A DNA stretch of 50,119 bases, counting the filler, from Streblomastix strix (taxonomy: Eukaryota): the NCBI GenBank assembly GCA_008636045.1. It is 2 parts of 2 records of this genome, joined end to end, with 100 filler letters (N's around TTAATTAATTAA, not from the genome) between each part and the next. Parts side by side here need not be neighbours in the genome. Positions count along the whole stretch, not along the records: positions 1 to 25,015 come from SNRW01000215.1; 1 more part is not named here. One strand, written 5' to 3'. Position numbers and translations under genes: made by a program. Positions 1-20,289 of the stretch are shown here, piece by piece; positions within the stretch are counted from its first letter, which is position 1, and every line of letters begins with the position of its first letter. The notes beneath the pieces are model-generated. The model searched no databases. It was given only the letters and a program-made list of their open reading frames with translations, and was not told where the DNA came from.

Positions 1-8249
<8,249 letters not shown>

Positions 8250-9218
8250 TTAAACTAGAAAATAAAACAGGAAATGAATTTAGTGATATGTTATGCGCGG
8301 AAAACAAAATATTATAAAATATGAAAACAGTTGAATATTTTATTCAATATATAAAATAATTTATAATGTAAATTGTAGTTTCTAAACATATATCATAATA
8401 TAAATGCCACTTGCACCTGCAGATAACGAGTATTTAATATTCCAAAATAAGAAATGAAAAATCAGATTCAAGCCAAACAAAGAGTATTTTGATTCATTTA
8501 ATAAAAAATCCGCATATATATTGTATTTATTCAAAATAAATTATACATAGATGAAAGAAACTCATTAAAATATAATGTTGGCTTTTGACATTTCCCACTC
8601 TTTGTGAACCTCATATATTGGATATAAATTTTGATACAAAATGACTAAATTAAAAACTTTAATTTGATTTAAACTCGAAATCTTGAGCCAATTTTTAGAA
8701 AAATTTGTTTTAAAAAAAAAATCGGTATATATCTCTATGAAAAAAAATTCATGAATGTTATATTTTAAATTATATTATAAAATTAGTAATTTAAAAGATA
8801 AATGAATAAAAATAATGTTTAGCTTTGTGGTTTACATAATTAATGAATAACAAGAAATTTTTATTAAAAGTTCATAAGGTGTCTTGATAGAGCATATTTT
8901 TGATTATATTATTTTATTTAAATTGTAAAATCATGATAAAAATTTTTTAGTGATTAGAAAAAAACTTGGACAAATTTTGAGAAACAAGCTCCAAAAATTC
9001 AGAAATTTCAGTTTAATTGAGATGAGAACTTAATTAAGTATTCTAATCAATTTTACACGATTTATAGTGAATTATACTAAAAATCATTAATATGTAGTTA
9101 GATTTTTTAAATTTTCAAAAATGCCTGTTATGGTTAACTTCAAATTTTTAATATTAAATTCATATATGTATTGAAAATTTGTTAATAATATTATATAGTA
9201 CTTTAATAAAATTGCTTA

Positions 9219-10352
9219 TTCACTGAAAAATTTTTGAGTAAAAATAGAACTGGATTTTTCTCCATCATAAAATTCCTTTATAATATTTTTTGTTTGCTTA
9301 AAGTAATTATAAATAAATATTCATAAAGAATATCATAAAATAAAAATAATTGTGTAAATTCAAGAATAATAAACCACAAATTTTAAATAAATTTAAGCAT
9401 TTTATTGTTTCGATTTTATTTTATTAAACAAATTAACTAATAAATGAATTTAAAAATTGTAAAATATACTAAAATAATTATCAATTATATGTTTTAAATG
9501 TATAAATTTGAACTTACATGATGATCTTCTTGTTCATCACGCTTATTTGGATCAGTGAAACGGTCATCAAGCATTTCAAACTGACGATCAGATATTTCAA
9601 CTTTTGCAAGTGTGAGTTCTGAGCGAAATCTATTACGTGTTATAAGACATGTTCTAAGTTGAACATAATCCTTCATTATTTCAGCAAAACGTTCTCTTTC
9701 CCTCAATTCCAACCGTTTAAGAAGCGTAACACCTCCACATTTGGTGCTTTAGTCTCTGGACTGAATTCTTGAAGATGTGGTTTATCTGCCTTCATATTAA
9801 ATTTTGAGTTTATGGTGATTTAATCCATAGTCTTATATGCAAGTTCAGCTGTATGTTCAGCAACATTTGTAGAACGAATAGGAATAAGAGCGCACAATGA
9901 GGCTGTTTAGGTCTCTAATTATATTTTAATATCAATAATATTTTATTTAAATTCTTTAGTAGTAATAAACAATATTAATTAATTTAACAATTAATCAAAC
10001 CTTCATTAACATGAATAAATTCAAGATATACATTCTTTCAATTTTCTGATGAAACTCTGAATGACCATTCCAAAGTATCAAGTTCAAGTGTAGTAAGTTC
10101 AATCTTTTACAAATTGTGATAAATATTTAATTAAAATATAATTAAATTGACATTATCTCATTTATCTATAAATTATACTCTTTCTTTAAAGTTATTCTCA
10201 TACAAATTGATTTATATATAAATCACTCCGAACTAATTTTCTAAATCATCCAATATTTCAAATAGATCTATTCTGCCGAAAACTCCATGCATCTGTTATT
10301 TTAATTCATTTATCCTCACCCAAATAAATTGAATGTCATTTGTTAATCAAAT
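9219..10352. repeat. Direct repeat copy A (~1.13 kb)
   Basis: Starts ttcactgaaaaatttttgagtaaaaatagaactgg and ends gaatgtcatttgttaatcaaat. The same sequence recurs about 9,920 bp downstream at 19139-20272. Confidence 0.95.
9494..10330 (-). pseudogene. Degenerate multi-EF-hand (calcyphosin-like) gene fragment within repeat A
   Basis: RERFAEIMKDYVQLRTCLITRNRFRSELTLAKVEISDRQFEMLDDRFTDP resembles a D-x-x-R-T-G-x-I-T EF-hand unit. Upstream exon remnants RIDLFEILDDLE and LTTLELDTLEWSF; GT-AG intron at about 10000-9916; in-frame TGA present. Confidence 0.55.
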
Positions 10353-10379
10353 AATGATCAAGATTATATACATAACTTA

Positions 10380-11199
10380 TGCATTTTTTGATATGAAAAA
10401 GCTATATTTTTCAGTCCTCCAAGCTATTTCAGCAAATATCAGATAAAATTATAATTGAACATAAGTCAAATAAAAATATCATCCATTCTCAATAAAATAA
10501 CATTCCATCCATGTTTATACATCTAAATCAAAGGAAATTTAATTAACATGCGATATACATTTCTTAACTTCTTAACTTTGGTGAGAAATGTGGTCGTTGT
10601 AGTCTTTATATCAGTATTTATTTATAATCTTTCATCGGCAAGTATTGATTGTTAGCATATTTATGTATATTGATTTTTCAAACTATTTTAATTTTGTTTT
10701 GAAAGTTAATAAGGAATGTTTTCCTCGTCTTTATCTAAAATGGATGATGAACTCATTGATGATGTGGCTGATGAACTGGATGACTGGACCGCATATTATA
10801 AGTCTTTAATCAATAGTGTATTTTTTTTAATAATCCTATTATTTTGTTTGTTTATATTTCGATTAAACTGAAATGTAATTATACCAATCCACCGCTGTTC
10901 GTTTTCCAACAATAAATTAATCAGCTTTTTCTATAATAATATCAACATGTTTTTTCTTTACAATTTTAAAAATATTTTTTATGAACTTTGATAGGTATAT
11001 TCTAATTTAAATTTTAAATCATTTATCATCGATATCTTATTATACCTCAAATTCATATTCATCTCTTTGATAATAATCATTTGCAAAGGTACTAAGTATA
11101 TGAAGATATAATCTATTTTCGTTTTACATTTATTTTTTGCAAAAATAAATCAATTAAAGCTACAAACAGTCGATGTTTGAATAATTTATATTTTTTCAT
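10380..11199 (-). pseudogene. Heavily decayed coding remnant, possibly the N-terminal part of a kinase-family gene
   Basis: ATG at 11199 with protein-like stretches (LFVALIDLFLQK...DEYEFEVQQDID; FIVGKRTAVDWYNYI) interrupted by several TGA and apparent frameshifts. No catalytic motif recognisable. Confidence 0.3.
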
Positions 11200-11374
11200 A
11201 TTTCTCACTTCTGGCAGATTGACAATCCGGCAGCAGATTTAAATTAAAGTTTCAGACTCGCTGCACTCGGTGCAGCTAAACTCATTCACAATCTATATAT
11301 AATGCTTCGTACTTAAAATTATTGTTAAAATCAATTTAATAATATTTGGAGCTCTAATGTGCGAAATAAGCATA

Positions 11375-13060
11375 ATCTTCGGAATTGGTGGGTGAATCCA
11401 AAAGATCTCCTCCTTCCATGGTCTCGAAAATGCGTATAATCATTCTGCCTCTTCCTCTTCCTCTCCTATTACTACGAATCTATCCTCGAGTTTATTTTTC
11501 TCTGTTGCGAACAAGTTCAGTATTGTTGTTATCTCCCACGCTTGGTATAGGGCTATAAATATTTCTTTCTTTACTGAATAATCGCCCTAGGTGCTTAGCC
11601 TACTTAGTGCGTCTGTTATCTTGTGTGATACTTCTGGAATAAGTTGAATCTGTGCTTATATTCTCAGTTGTTAACATAGCTTGACTATTTTCATTACTTC
11701 CGCTACAAGAGTTTAACCTTCTCTATGTTCTGCTAAATCTTGTATTGCGGTAGAGCTGTCTGATTTAATGAAGATCGCTTTGATTTGCAGCACTTTAAAG
11801 ATTTATCATTAACGGAATAGCCCTAAGTATATAGCTTCCATCTCCTTCTTATTGCTTTTCCACCTCTTCTGTTTCATGTTCCATTCTTCATGTTGGACTA
11901 AAGTATCCTCTGTTTGTAGTTCCCGAGTCACTCCCCAGACTTTCGGAGATGCGTCTGACACCATCACTGCCTCTGGAATCCTCACCTCTAATGTCATTTC
12001 TTAATTCTTCACTATCACTCCCTGCCACAAATAAAGCTCATGAAAGATTTCCTTAGGTGGAATCATATTCTCTCTCCAGTCCTTATTATTCAGTGCATTC
12101 GTTTTTGTTGAGTCCATTAATTTTAAGTAGAGGGAAGCTTCTCTTACTTGGACTCATAAAAAATTCAGTTTGCCTATTATTGATGCTAGATACTTGATCT
12201 TAATTGGGACTTGTTTTTCTGTTTGACTAATAAATTTCTTTAATTAGAAACGTGGTTCCTGTTATCTGAGGTTTGTCATCTTTATTTGCTTCCTTTCCAA
12301 GTCCAAAGTCCATCCTAGGAAGTTAATCTGTTGTTTTGGTTCTATTTTTCATTTCTCCTAGGCTACTGTCTACCCAAATGCATCTAAATTACTCATTATT
12401 AATATGGTTCATTTTCGTAATCTTTCTTTGTCCTTATGTAAGAAGAGCAGATCGTCCACATAATTCAATATACTTATGTCTGACTCACTCCGTATCTTCG
12501 TTAGAACCATTTTTAGCGCGTGTGTGAAGACGATTGGGGAGTGCTGTGTTCCAAACGGCACTGCTCTATATTATTAAATTTTCCCCATTGCTTCGAATGT
12601 TAGGTATGGTCCGTGCGGCGGATATACTATTAGGTGGTTAAATGCAGATTTTAGATCTAGACTTGTTGCCCAGTCTTCTTTCCTTATCACATCTCTCATT
12701 AGATCGGTTCCTTTCATTTTAAAACGAATCGTTTATATCTCCTCATTCAGAGAATTCGCATCTAGAATTTTCTTCCATTTCTAGTGAAGCTTCGGAATTA
12801 TAAATGTTGGATTAAACCATTTAACCAGGTCGGGATATATTTATTGTATTATGTTTTCTCTAAATTCTTCCTCTAATTTCTCTGTGTATGCTATTTCCTC
12901 TTCTCCTGAGCCCGAGAACGGACAAATTCTCAGTTTCTTTTGCAATCTTTTTTCGCTATCATCGTTCTTAAATAGAAGGAAAAACCGTTTTTGTATGAAT
13001 TCCACTCCCTTTACTAATTTCCTCGTCTCCAGATAACGAATTGTTTTCCCCCCATTCCCG
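11375..13060 (-). pseudogene. DIRS-type pol: reverse transcriptase, RNase H and DNA N6-adenine methyltransferase-like domain, with in-frame TGA stops
   Basis: RT: KWFNPTFIIPKLHQKWKKILDANSLN, DWATSLDLKSAFNHL, YRAVPFGTQHSPIVF, ILNYVDDLL (YVDD at 12451-12462). RNase H: VMVSDASPKVWG, SNKKEMEAI, IKSDSSTA, ITDALSR. MTase-like: LNLFATEKN...AFSRPWKEEIFWIHPPIPKI. TGA at FL*VQV, FRQ*QIF and EAE*LYAF. Confidence 0.9.
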
Positions 13061-15199
13061 TGTTTGGTTGAGGTTGTAATGTTTCATCCATTAGGGTCAC
13101 AGGAAAGATTTCCAGTGTATGATTCTCCTACTTTGTTCTGTTCTGAATTCCCATAAGTTGGAACCGTCCGAGGGCTCGCACCTGGCTGTCAGCGCTGCTA
13201 GTCTTCACTCTAGTTCTAGTTTGCGACAACAGAAGTATTTGTGCTTGTGGCTTTAACTCTGGCACGTGTCCTTCCTCCTTTTTTCTCAACTTTAGGTTCA
13301 CAAATAAGATTTCCCTGGAGTTATGTAGAAGGTGTTATCTAAATATTTATTGGTTTTGTTCCAGCAAACCCTACTTAGCCCGAAACTATGCTGTCCGTAG
13401 AAGATGCTACCCTTCTCACATTTCCATTTATTGAAAAGATCTCTCTGGGTGCATGAAAAATCTATGCTACTTCTCATGTAATCTTTTGATATTATATTCC
13501 TTTCGGAACTGAGAATTGGTTTGTAATTATTCCCATAAAATCAACATTCAAAATTGAGCTTTAATTCAAGAACGGATATGGTGTAGTCTAACTATATGAG
13601 TTTGTTTAAGTTAGTCGGCTATCCTTTGCCTTCTATTGGTGGGTTGTCTCGATCTCAGTTTTGTGTTGACTGGTCTGGAGTCCTTTCTGGCTGTCTTGGA
13701 TAGTTCATCTAACTAAACAATGGTCCAAGATGACTGTACAACATCTGCTTATTGTAGTGAAGTCGTGTTTGTGCTAAGTTTTTTTTTTCAAATCTTCAAA
13801 TGTTTTCTATGGTTGAATTACTTCTTGTTTTTGTCCAATGGTCTAATTTCCAAAATTTGAGATTCACCTACGAAGTCTCCATGGAATTCATCCTATTGTT
13901 CGCCTGTTCCACCATTAAAATTCCAACTTGTATCAATATGAACTATGCTAGTATTCTACTCGGCTATCTTGCTTTATATTTGGGATTCATAGAAGGATGT
14001 TAATCTCATTTACGGTCCAAAGACCTCTTTTCACCCTTTATTACTCTTCAAATGGTAAATTTTTTAATATTTTCATTCGTAATCTCCTGTAATCATCTTC
14101 ATCGGAGTGATTCTAGAGTTTATTCATCATACTATTCACCATGTTTTGAAACATTTCATTCTGTTTCATTCTATTGATATATTAGACCTGTTCTCCTGCA
14201 TATACTTTAATTTCAACTTATCTTTTAGGATCTTCTGAGAGTAGTGGTAGATGATTAACAGCTTATTCAATTGGAATATATTTGAATTGTTATATCCCTT
14301 TTATAAATTAATGGTTAGGGTCTGTGACTAATAGAAATTATTTCTGACCTGGTTGTTAACTTTATTTAGTTTTTGTTAGTGATGATGATGATAGCGATAG
14401 TGATAAGCATAGCTATTGTTATTATTCATTTAGAAATCCAGTCTCAGATAATGAAGCTTAGTGAGTTAGATTAAGCAATCCAGGGAAAACTTGTGCGGGT
14501 TAAATTAGATTTTGTTCTACCATGTTATTAAAATCATCATTCTATTCACTTTGCTGATCGTATAAATTATCAGGTGTTTTTGTTTAAGGTGTATGGGTTG
14601 CACCTGTTTGCGTATATTGTTCAGCTTCATTATTTATGTTGCGTTCTCAGTTTCCTGGAGTATCGTCTCTATCTTATTAAATATTCTACTTCGAATTTAT
14701 AACTTTTATCTATAATCTCTATTCATTCTATATATTATTAATAATAATATCCTGTTGATGGATTTGAATTTCTCTATTAACTTCATGAAGTTAATTTATC
14801 TATTGTTGAATTTGTATTTTCGCCTATTGACCTATTTATTATTAATTATCTTATATTGTGAGTAATTTTTGGGCTGTTCGAAAGTTTGTAATTGGTGTAT
14901 TTCTCTCCTGATTAATTGATTCTGGACATGTATAAGAAACGCTGTTTTCTTCATCTAGTTTGGGAGAAATGTTATTTATTCTGCGAAAGGCCACTTCTTG
15001 AGCTGTTCGGAGGTTTGACATATAGACTGGTACTCCTGTGACTGTTTGAACTAGAAGTTAGACTTATTCTCTTCTATTGCTTCATATTCTGAATTATCTT
15101 AGTTATTATCTCTAAACTTCGCGCTGTAGCCCTTCAGCCCAATCTTCATTATTCTATCCATTTCCTGAACCTTCACTCGAAGCTACTCTTTTTCTTTTC

Positions 15200-16887
15200 C
15201 TATCTCTTCCCAAGTCTAATTAGTCGTTCCTGTCGTTTCGCTCTTTGTCGTGTCTATAATTACGGCCGTGGCCATGATCATGATCAAGGTGATGATGGTG
15301 GTTGTCATCTTCATCTAATTCCATTCGGACAGTATCTAGGTATAGGTCTGTATCCACTTCTCTCCAGAATGATTTCCATTCGCTAATTGTTAAATATTCA
15401 TATCTGGCATGTCTCTAGATGAAGGCACTCACATTCAGGAGACCCTCTCCAAATCCTCTATTGTGTTATCCATCAGCTCTCAGCCCTATGTATCTTAATG
15501 CGTAACTTCTGTGTGCCCAGAAATCTCTGTGAGCATTAAATTGTTATTAAGTCATATTTATTGTTAGTTCTGGAGGGTCTATTGGGGTGAACTGGCTCTG
15601 ATCTGTTCTCCATAAACACTCTCTGTTCCATAAGGGTTATTAGTCTTATGCAATTCTTCTTGACAGGGCTACTCCAGGTGAATCTAATAATCTTCCATTT
15701 ATATATCTAGGTTCTTAAACCTGATTTTGTTGTCCCAATGTTGAAGGCCTAAATTTGGGTAGTTGATTGTATTATTAGTTTGATTATTCAAAGTTATTGT
15801 TATATAAGCTATATTGAAAGGTTGGATGGCCAGCTGAGCTTGGTGCTTGTGGGGTTAATAAATTAGATTATTGAGTTTATTACACTCCAAATGTCGGTGA
15901 ACTCTACATCAACTACGGTAGATATTCAGTGATGCCTGGCTATCTGTATAATTACATGCTATAGCTTGAAGAAGATTTGGTCTATTGTTAGAGGCCTTTT
16001 TACGAAAAACCTTAATATTATTGTATTCCTGTGTACATACCAAATCCTTGGAATGGATATTATATCTAAGGTCTTGGTATCAGTTGTCTTGAATAAAATT
16101 GCTATATAATATAGGTTAGTGTAAACGTCACCAGTTGTGGAATCTATTGTCCTGATCCCATCGCAATTACGTAGTATTGGCCTGCCTGTGGATTAATTAA
16201 ATCCTGACTTCCTTGTACTTGCATCTGTCTCAATGCATGTAATGGTTGAATTGCGTGTGACATGACTCCATTATTGCCCGGATCAAATTATTAGGTCCCT
16301 TAAGCGCCTTCCTTATTCTGTATCCGGATGTAAGTTGACCTTTCTGCGAAGCGCAGTAGTGCAGCACACATGCCTACTAGATCAATCAATATCTTTTTCG
16401 TATTCCCTTCCAGCACATATTGAATCAAAAGTATTGTAAGCTTGTACAGCATCAGGATTTGAAACTTCAAATTCTGAACGTATCCATCCACTCTGCTGTT
16501 TGCGGCGTTGTTCAAGACTTGGTGTTGTCGTACTTCCGTGTATCTTGTCACCTCTTGAGCATGCAAAGTTCGCGCATTGTAGTCTCGCATCTGCGTTTGT
16601 GCGATTGTATTCGCCTAAAAGTCTATTGCGAACGCGTTCTTCCCGGTTATCTGTTCCTTGAACCTCATGACAAAATATTATATCTCTTGCATTGGCGGCG
16701 TCCTTAGAGCAAGTCCAGCGTCAGCGTCGGTCACAGTAACCTCGCGATCACTCACAAATACGTTGGTATCGCTCCCGTTCGCGTCCCTATCGTCCACTAT
16801 CAGTTAGCTCTGTGTCGTATTGAGACAAGCTCCATCGTGAAGGTGTGTGAACAGTGTCTGTGCATTTTAGTCACTTGCTTGCGTCAT
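15200..16887 (-). CDS. Retroelement ORF1 (gag-position protein): helical N-terminal domain followed by a Q/P-rich region; 3' end uncertain
   Basis: ATG at 16887 (MTQASDQNAQTLFTHLHDG...MRDYNARTLHAQEVTRY...LLRFAERSTYIRIQNKEGAQGTQQFDPG) reads through TAA/TAG and lies upstream of pol on the same strand. Confidence 0.6.
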
Positions 16888-17868
16888 TGTTCGCTTTCTT
16901 ATTTTTCAAATGGCCGACCCATAGAGATGGGCAGCTCAACGGAGCACCCAGTCCCAACAGCCCATTTGCAATCTCAAAATAAAGGGTTTGAGCAAGAGTC
17001 TCCGAAGGAGATGGACTACAACAATTTACTTTAGAAGATGATTATATATAATACTGGTGTGCATTAATTAAATAATATTTCTTGTTAAAAAATAGACAAT
17101 TAATAATTCATTTATTATATATTTAAATAATTATCACTTTGAATATCTTAGCAGACGGGTTGTTTTTCAATTAAATGATTTAAAAAAAATATTATATGAA
17201 GGAAAACAATTAAAATATAAAATAATATTAATGAGTGGAATAATTTATATTAAAAATAAAAAATTAAACTTTAATAGAAACATTAAACTAGATTTTGAAA
17301 CGTTTCAAATTCCAAGTTTGGAATGTATTTTCACCAATAAAATAATTATAAATTTGCTACAATTAGGTCTTTTTCAATCATCATTTAATAATTTTATCTA
17401 ATGATATATTCGAAATTATTTATAAGTTGTTAAATGATCTTATTTATAATTTTGTAAAATATGAATGAACAACATAACAATACTCTAAATAGATATATGC
17501 TGATTATTTAAATTAAATTTTATAAATATTTTTCAAAAAATCTACATATTTCAAATTATAATTGCTTCTTAATTGCTAACTCAAAATTCTTCGCTTAATA
17601 TCATTTCTTACAAATGTTACATGAAACAAATTATAATTCTAACATGTTTTTGTATAACTTCAATTGGCGTGACACTTAATTTTTACAAATTTCCTCTTAA
17701 ATATGATAATATATAACAATAAAAGAGATTTTTTTTTCTTAAAAACGCTTAGTTTCGCTATTCCCACATATTTTATGCATCTAATAACCATATTTTTCTT
17801 ATTTCTCTTATAATTTTCTTATTAATTATTCCATTTTCTATTATATTAATATAAAAAATCAGGATAAA

Positions 17869-18478
17869 ATGAAAACAGAATAAGAAATGTAAGATGCAGC
17901 TAGAGCCATAATTACGTTTACTAATTCATACGCATATAAAAAGGAAAGAAAATAAAATGAATAACAAGAATCAGAATCAACAGATTCTCTTATTGAAATT
18001 GCAGCTTATCTTGAATATCTTAAGGATAAATTCAGAAATAATAATGCCTTTAAATAAATGATTAAGAATCAGAATCTATTTCGACCACTCACATCACTGA
18101 CCATATTCAAACTTGGCAATCATTCAAACTAAGAAATCGATCGATTAAGATTAAATGTCAGATAAAAAAGTAGATGGTTTCTTAATTAAATTCAAGACTA
18201 TGGAGATGCATAAGAATTTGCTGATCTTGTAAATGTTGGATATGGAAAAGTGGTTTGCATTTCATTCAGCACAGCTGGAGGCATCGGTGAGGAACGTGAT
18301 TATGAGATATACATTAGATTGAATAACATCTACAATTTCCTAACAGAACTTCATAAAGGGAGAAAAAATTATTATTAACCATCTTTCCAACCACTTCCAT
18401 TACTTGCTCGAAGGACAGAATAATAAATAGAAGTATAAGGAGCAAATGAAGAAATGGAAGCTTAAATGATTAATAATG
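17869..18478 (+). CDS. Member of an expanded lineage-specific helical (ARM-like) family, apparently 3'-truncated
   Basis: MKTEQEMQDAARAIITFTNSY...GYGKVVCISFSTAGGIGEERDYEI...QPSFQPLPLLARRTEQQIEVQGANEEMEAQMINN. The C-terminal motif resembles QIEEEGGLEEID of the gene ending at 34150. The frame then runs into the antisense of the kinase fragment (first TGA at about 18637). Confidence 0.7.
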
Positions 18479-18502
18479 TATAAATATTATTATTAACAAA
18501 TC

Positions 18503-19050
18503 ATTATTCGTTCTTCTTCAGGATCTTATTGAAGTTCACTTATCACTTTGAGAAGGTCCCCATTCTCGCAGTATTCCATAACCATGTACATGTCTGTGCG
18601 ATCTTGAAAGGTATATATAAGACGTACCTATAAAATTGATTAATAATAAAATTAATTAAATGAAAATAATAGAAAATTAAAATTCAGTAAATTTCGATTC
18701 TAATTTTTTCATCTAAGCGATTTCTTTCTCAGATCTTTCTTTATCAGCATATTTCAAATACTTTACTGACTTCATCGCATATGGAACTCCAGTCTCAATA
18801 AGCTTCACAAAATACTTTCTACCTTGAGCTCCTCCTTCCAATTCATCCATAATCTCAACTAAAGAAAAACAAACAATATTTCAATACTAAATCAATGATA
18901 TAGTACGCATACAGCTATCATAGCCTACCTTCGGAGGTTGCATGTATAATCTACAAAAAAATAAATTAATAAAAAGTAATAAGATTCTTTAAATATTACG
19001 GATTTGGAGGGATTTTGTCTTCTTTAGTTTTTCTATTATTTTGTCTAAGA
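18503..19050 (-). pseudogene. Ser/Thr protein kinase (NEK-like) N-lobe fragment
   Basis: Exons give EIMDELEGGAQGRKYFVKLIETGVPYAMKSVKYLKYADKERSEKEIAQMKKLESKFT and VRLIYTFQDRTDMYMVMEYCENGDLLKVI (Gly loop, AMK lysine, helix C Glu, hinge). No HRD/DFG half; two expected donor sites read GA and AT instead of GT. Confidence 0.85.
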
Positions 19051-19138
19051 GTATGGGTTTTAAAATTGTAAATATCCTGAGAAAATCAAGGTTTTGAGTA
19101 GAATAGGAATATTTTAAGCTAACTGAAGTTTTAAGAGC

Positions 19139-20272
19139 TTCACTGAAAAATTTTTGAGTAAAAATAGAACTGGATTTTTCTCCATCATAAAATTCCTTTA
19201 TAATATTTTTTGTTTGCTTAAAGTAATTATAAATAAATATTCATTAAAAATATCTTAAAATAAAATAATTATTTAAATTTAAGATTAAAAAACCACAAAT
19301 TTTAAATAAATTTAAGCATTTTATTGTTTCGATTTTATTTTATTAAACAAATTAACTAATAAGTGAGTTTAAAATTTGTAAAATAAACTAAAATAATTAT
19401 CAAACTAAAAGTTTAATGTATATAAATTAGAACAGGAATGGAGATTTTCCTATTCATCACGCTTATTTGGATCAGTGAAACGGTCTACAGGCTTTTCAAA
19501 CTCACGATCAGATATTTCAACTTTTGCAAGTGTGAGTTCTGAACGAAATCAATTACGTGCTATAAGACCTGTTCTAAGTTATTCATAATCCTTCATGAAT
19601 TCAGCAAAACGTTCTCTTTCCCTCAATTCCTACAGTTTAAGATACGTAACACCTCCACATTTGGTGCTTTAGTCTCTGGACTGAATTCTTGAAGTGATAG
19701 TTTATCTGCATTCATAATAAACTTTGAGTTTGTGGTGATTTAATCCATAGTCATTTATGCAAGTTCAGCTGTATGTTCAGCAATATTTGTAGAACGAATA
19801 GGAATAAGAGCACACAATGAGGCTGTTTAGGTCTCTAATTATATTTTAATATCAATAATATTTTATTTAAATTCTTTAGTAGTAATAAACAGTATTAATT
19901 AATTTAACAATTAATCAAACCATCATTAACATGAATAAATTCAAGATATACATTCTTTCAATTTTCTGATGAAACTCTGAATGACCATTCCAAAGTATCA
20001 AGTTCAAGTGTAGTAAGTTCAATCTTTTACAAATTGTGATAAATATTTAATTAAAATATAATTAAATTGACATTATCTCATTTATCTATAAATTATACTC
20101 TTTCTTTAAAGTTATTCTCATACAAATTGATTTATATATAAATCACTCCGAACTAATTTTCTAAATCATCCAATATTTCAAATAGATCTATTCTGCCGAA
20201 AACTCCATGCATCTGTTATTTTAATTCATTTATCCTCACCCAAATAAATTGAATGTCATTTATTAATCAAAT
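19139..20272. repeat. Direct repeat copy B (~1.13 kb) with EF-hand pseudogene fragment
   Basis: Colinear with 9219-10352; translates on - as RERFAEFMKDYEQLRTGLIARN*FRSELTLAKVEISDREFE. Confidence 0.95.
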
Positions 20273-20289
20273 CCACCCAGTCCATCGAC

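Larger units (their letters stand above)
11375..17040 (-). mobile_element. DIRS-like (tyrosine-recombinase class) retrotransposon, decayed and 3'-truncated
   Basis: GC content is clearly above the flanks. A long upstream ORF region is followed by RT, RNase H and an adenine-MTase-like domain, the order known for DIRS1-like pol. Recognisable coding ends inside the MTase-like domain; no YR gene seen. Confidence 0.85.

Noticed and set aside
8600..9050. Possible degenerate inverted repeat in the intergenic region
   Set aside because: Similarity is weak and explainable by extreme AT richness.
11375..13060. TGA readthrough or recoding in the retroelement pol
   Set aside because: The TGAs fall where different residues (Arg, Gly, Trp) would be expected and accompany other decay, which fits random nonsense mutations.
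9219..20272. Direct repeats as LTRs of the enclosed retroelement
   Set aside because: They carry an intron-containing EF-hand fragment, lie 1-2 kb from the element with other genes in between, and show no TG...CA ends; the element is DIRS-type, with no integrase or protease seen.
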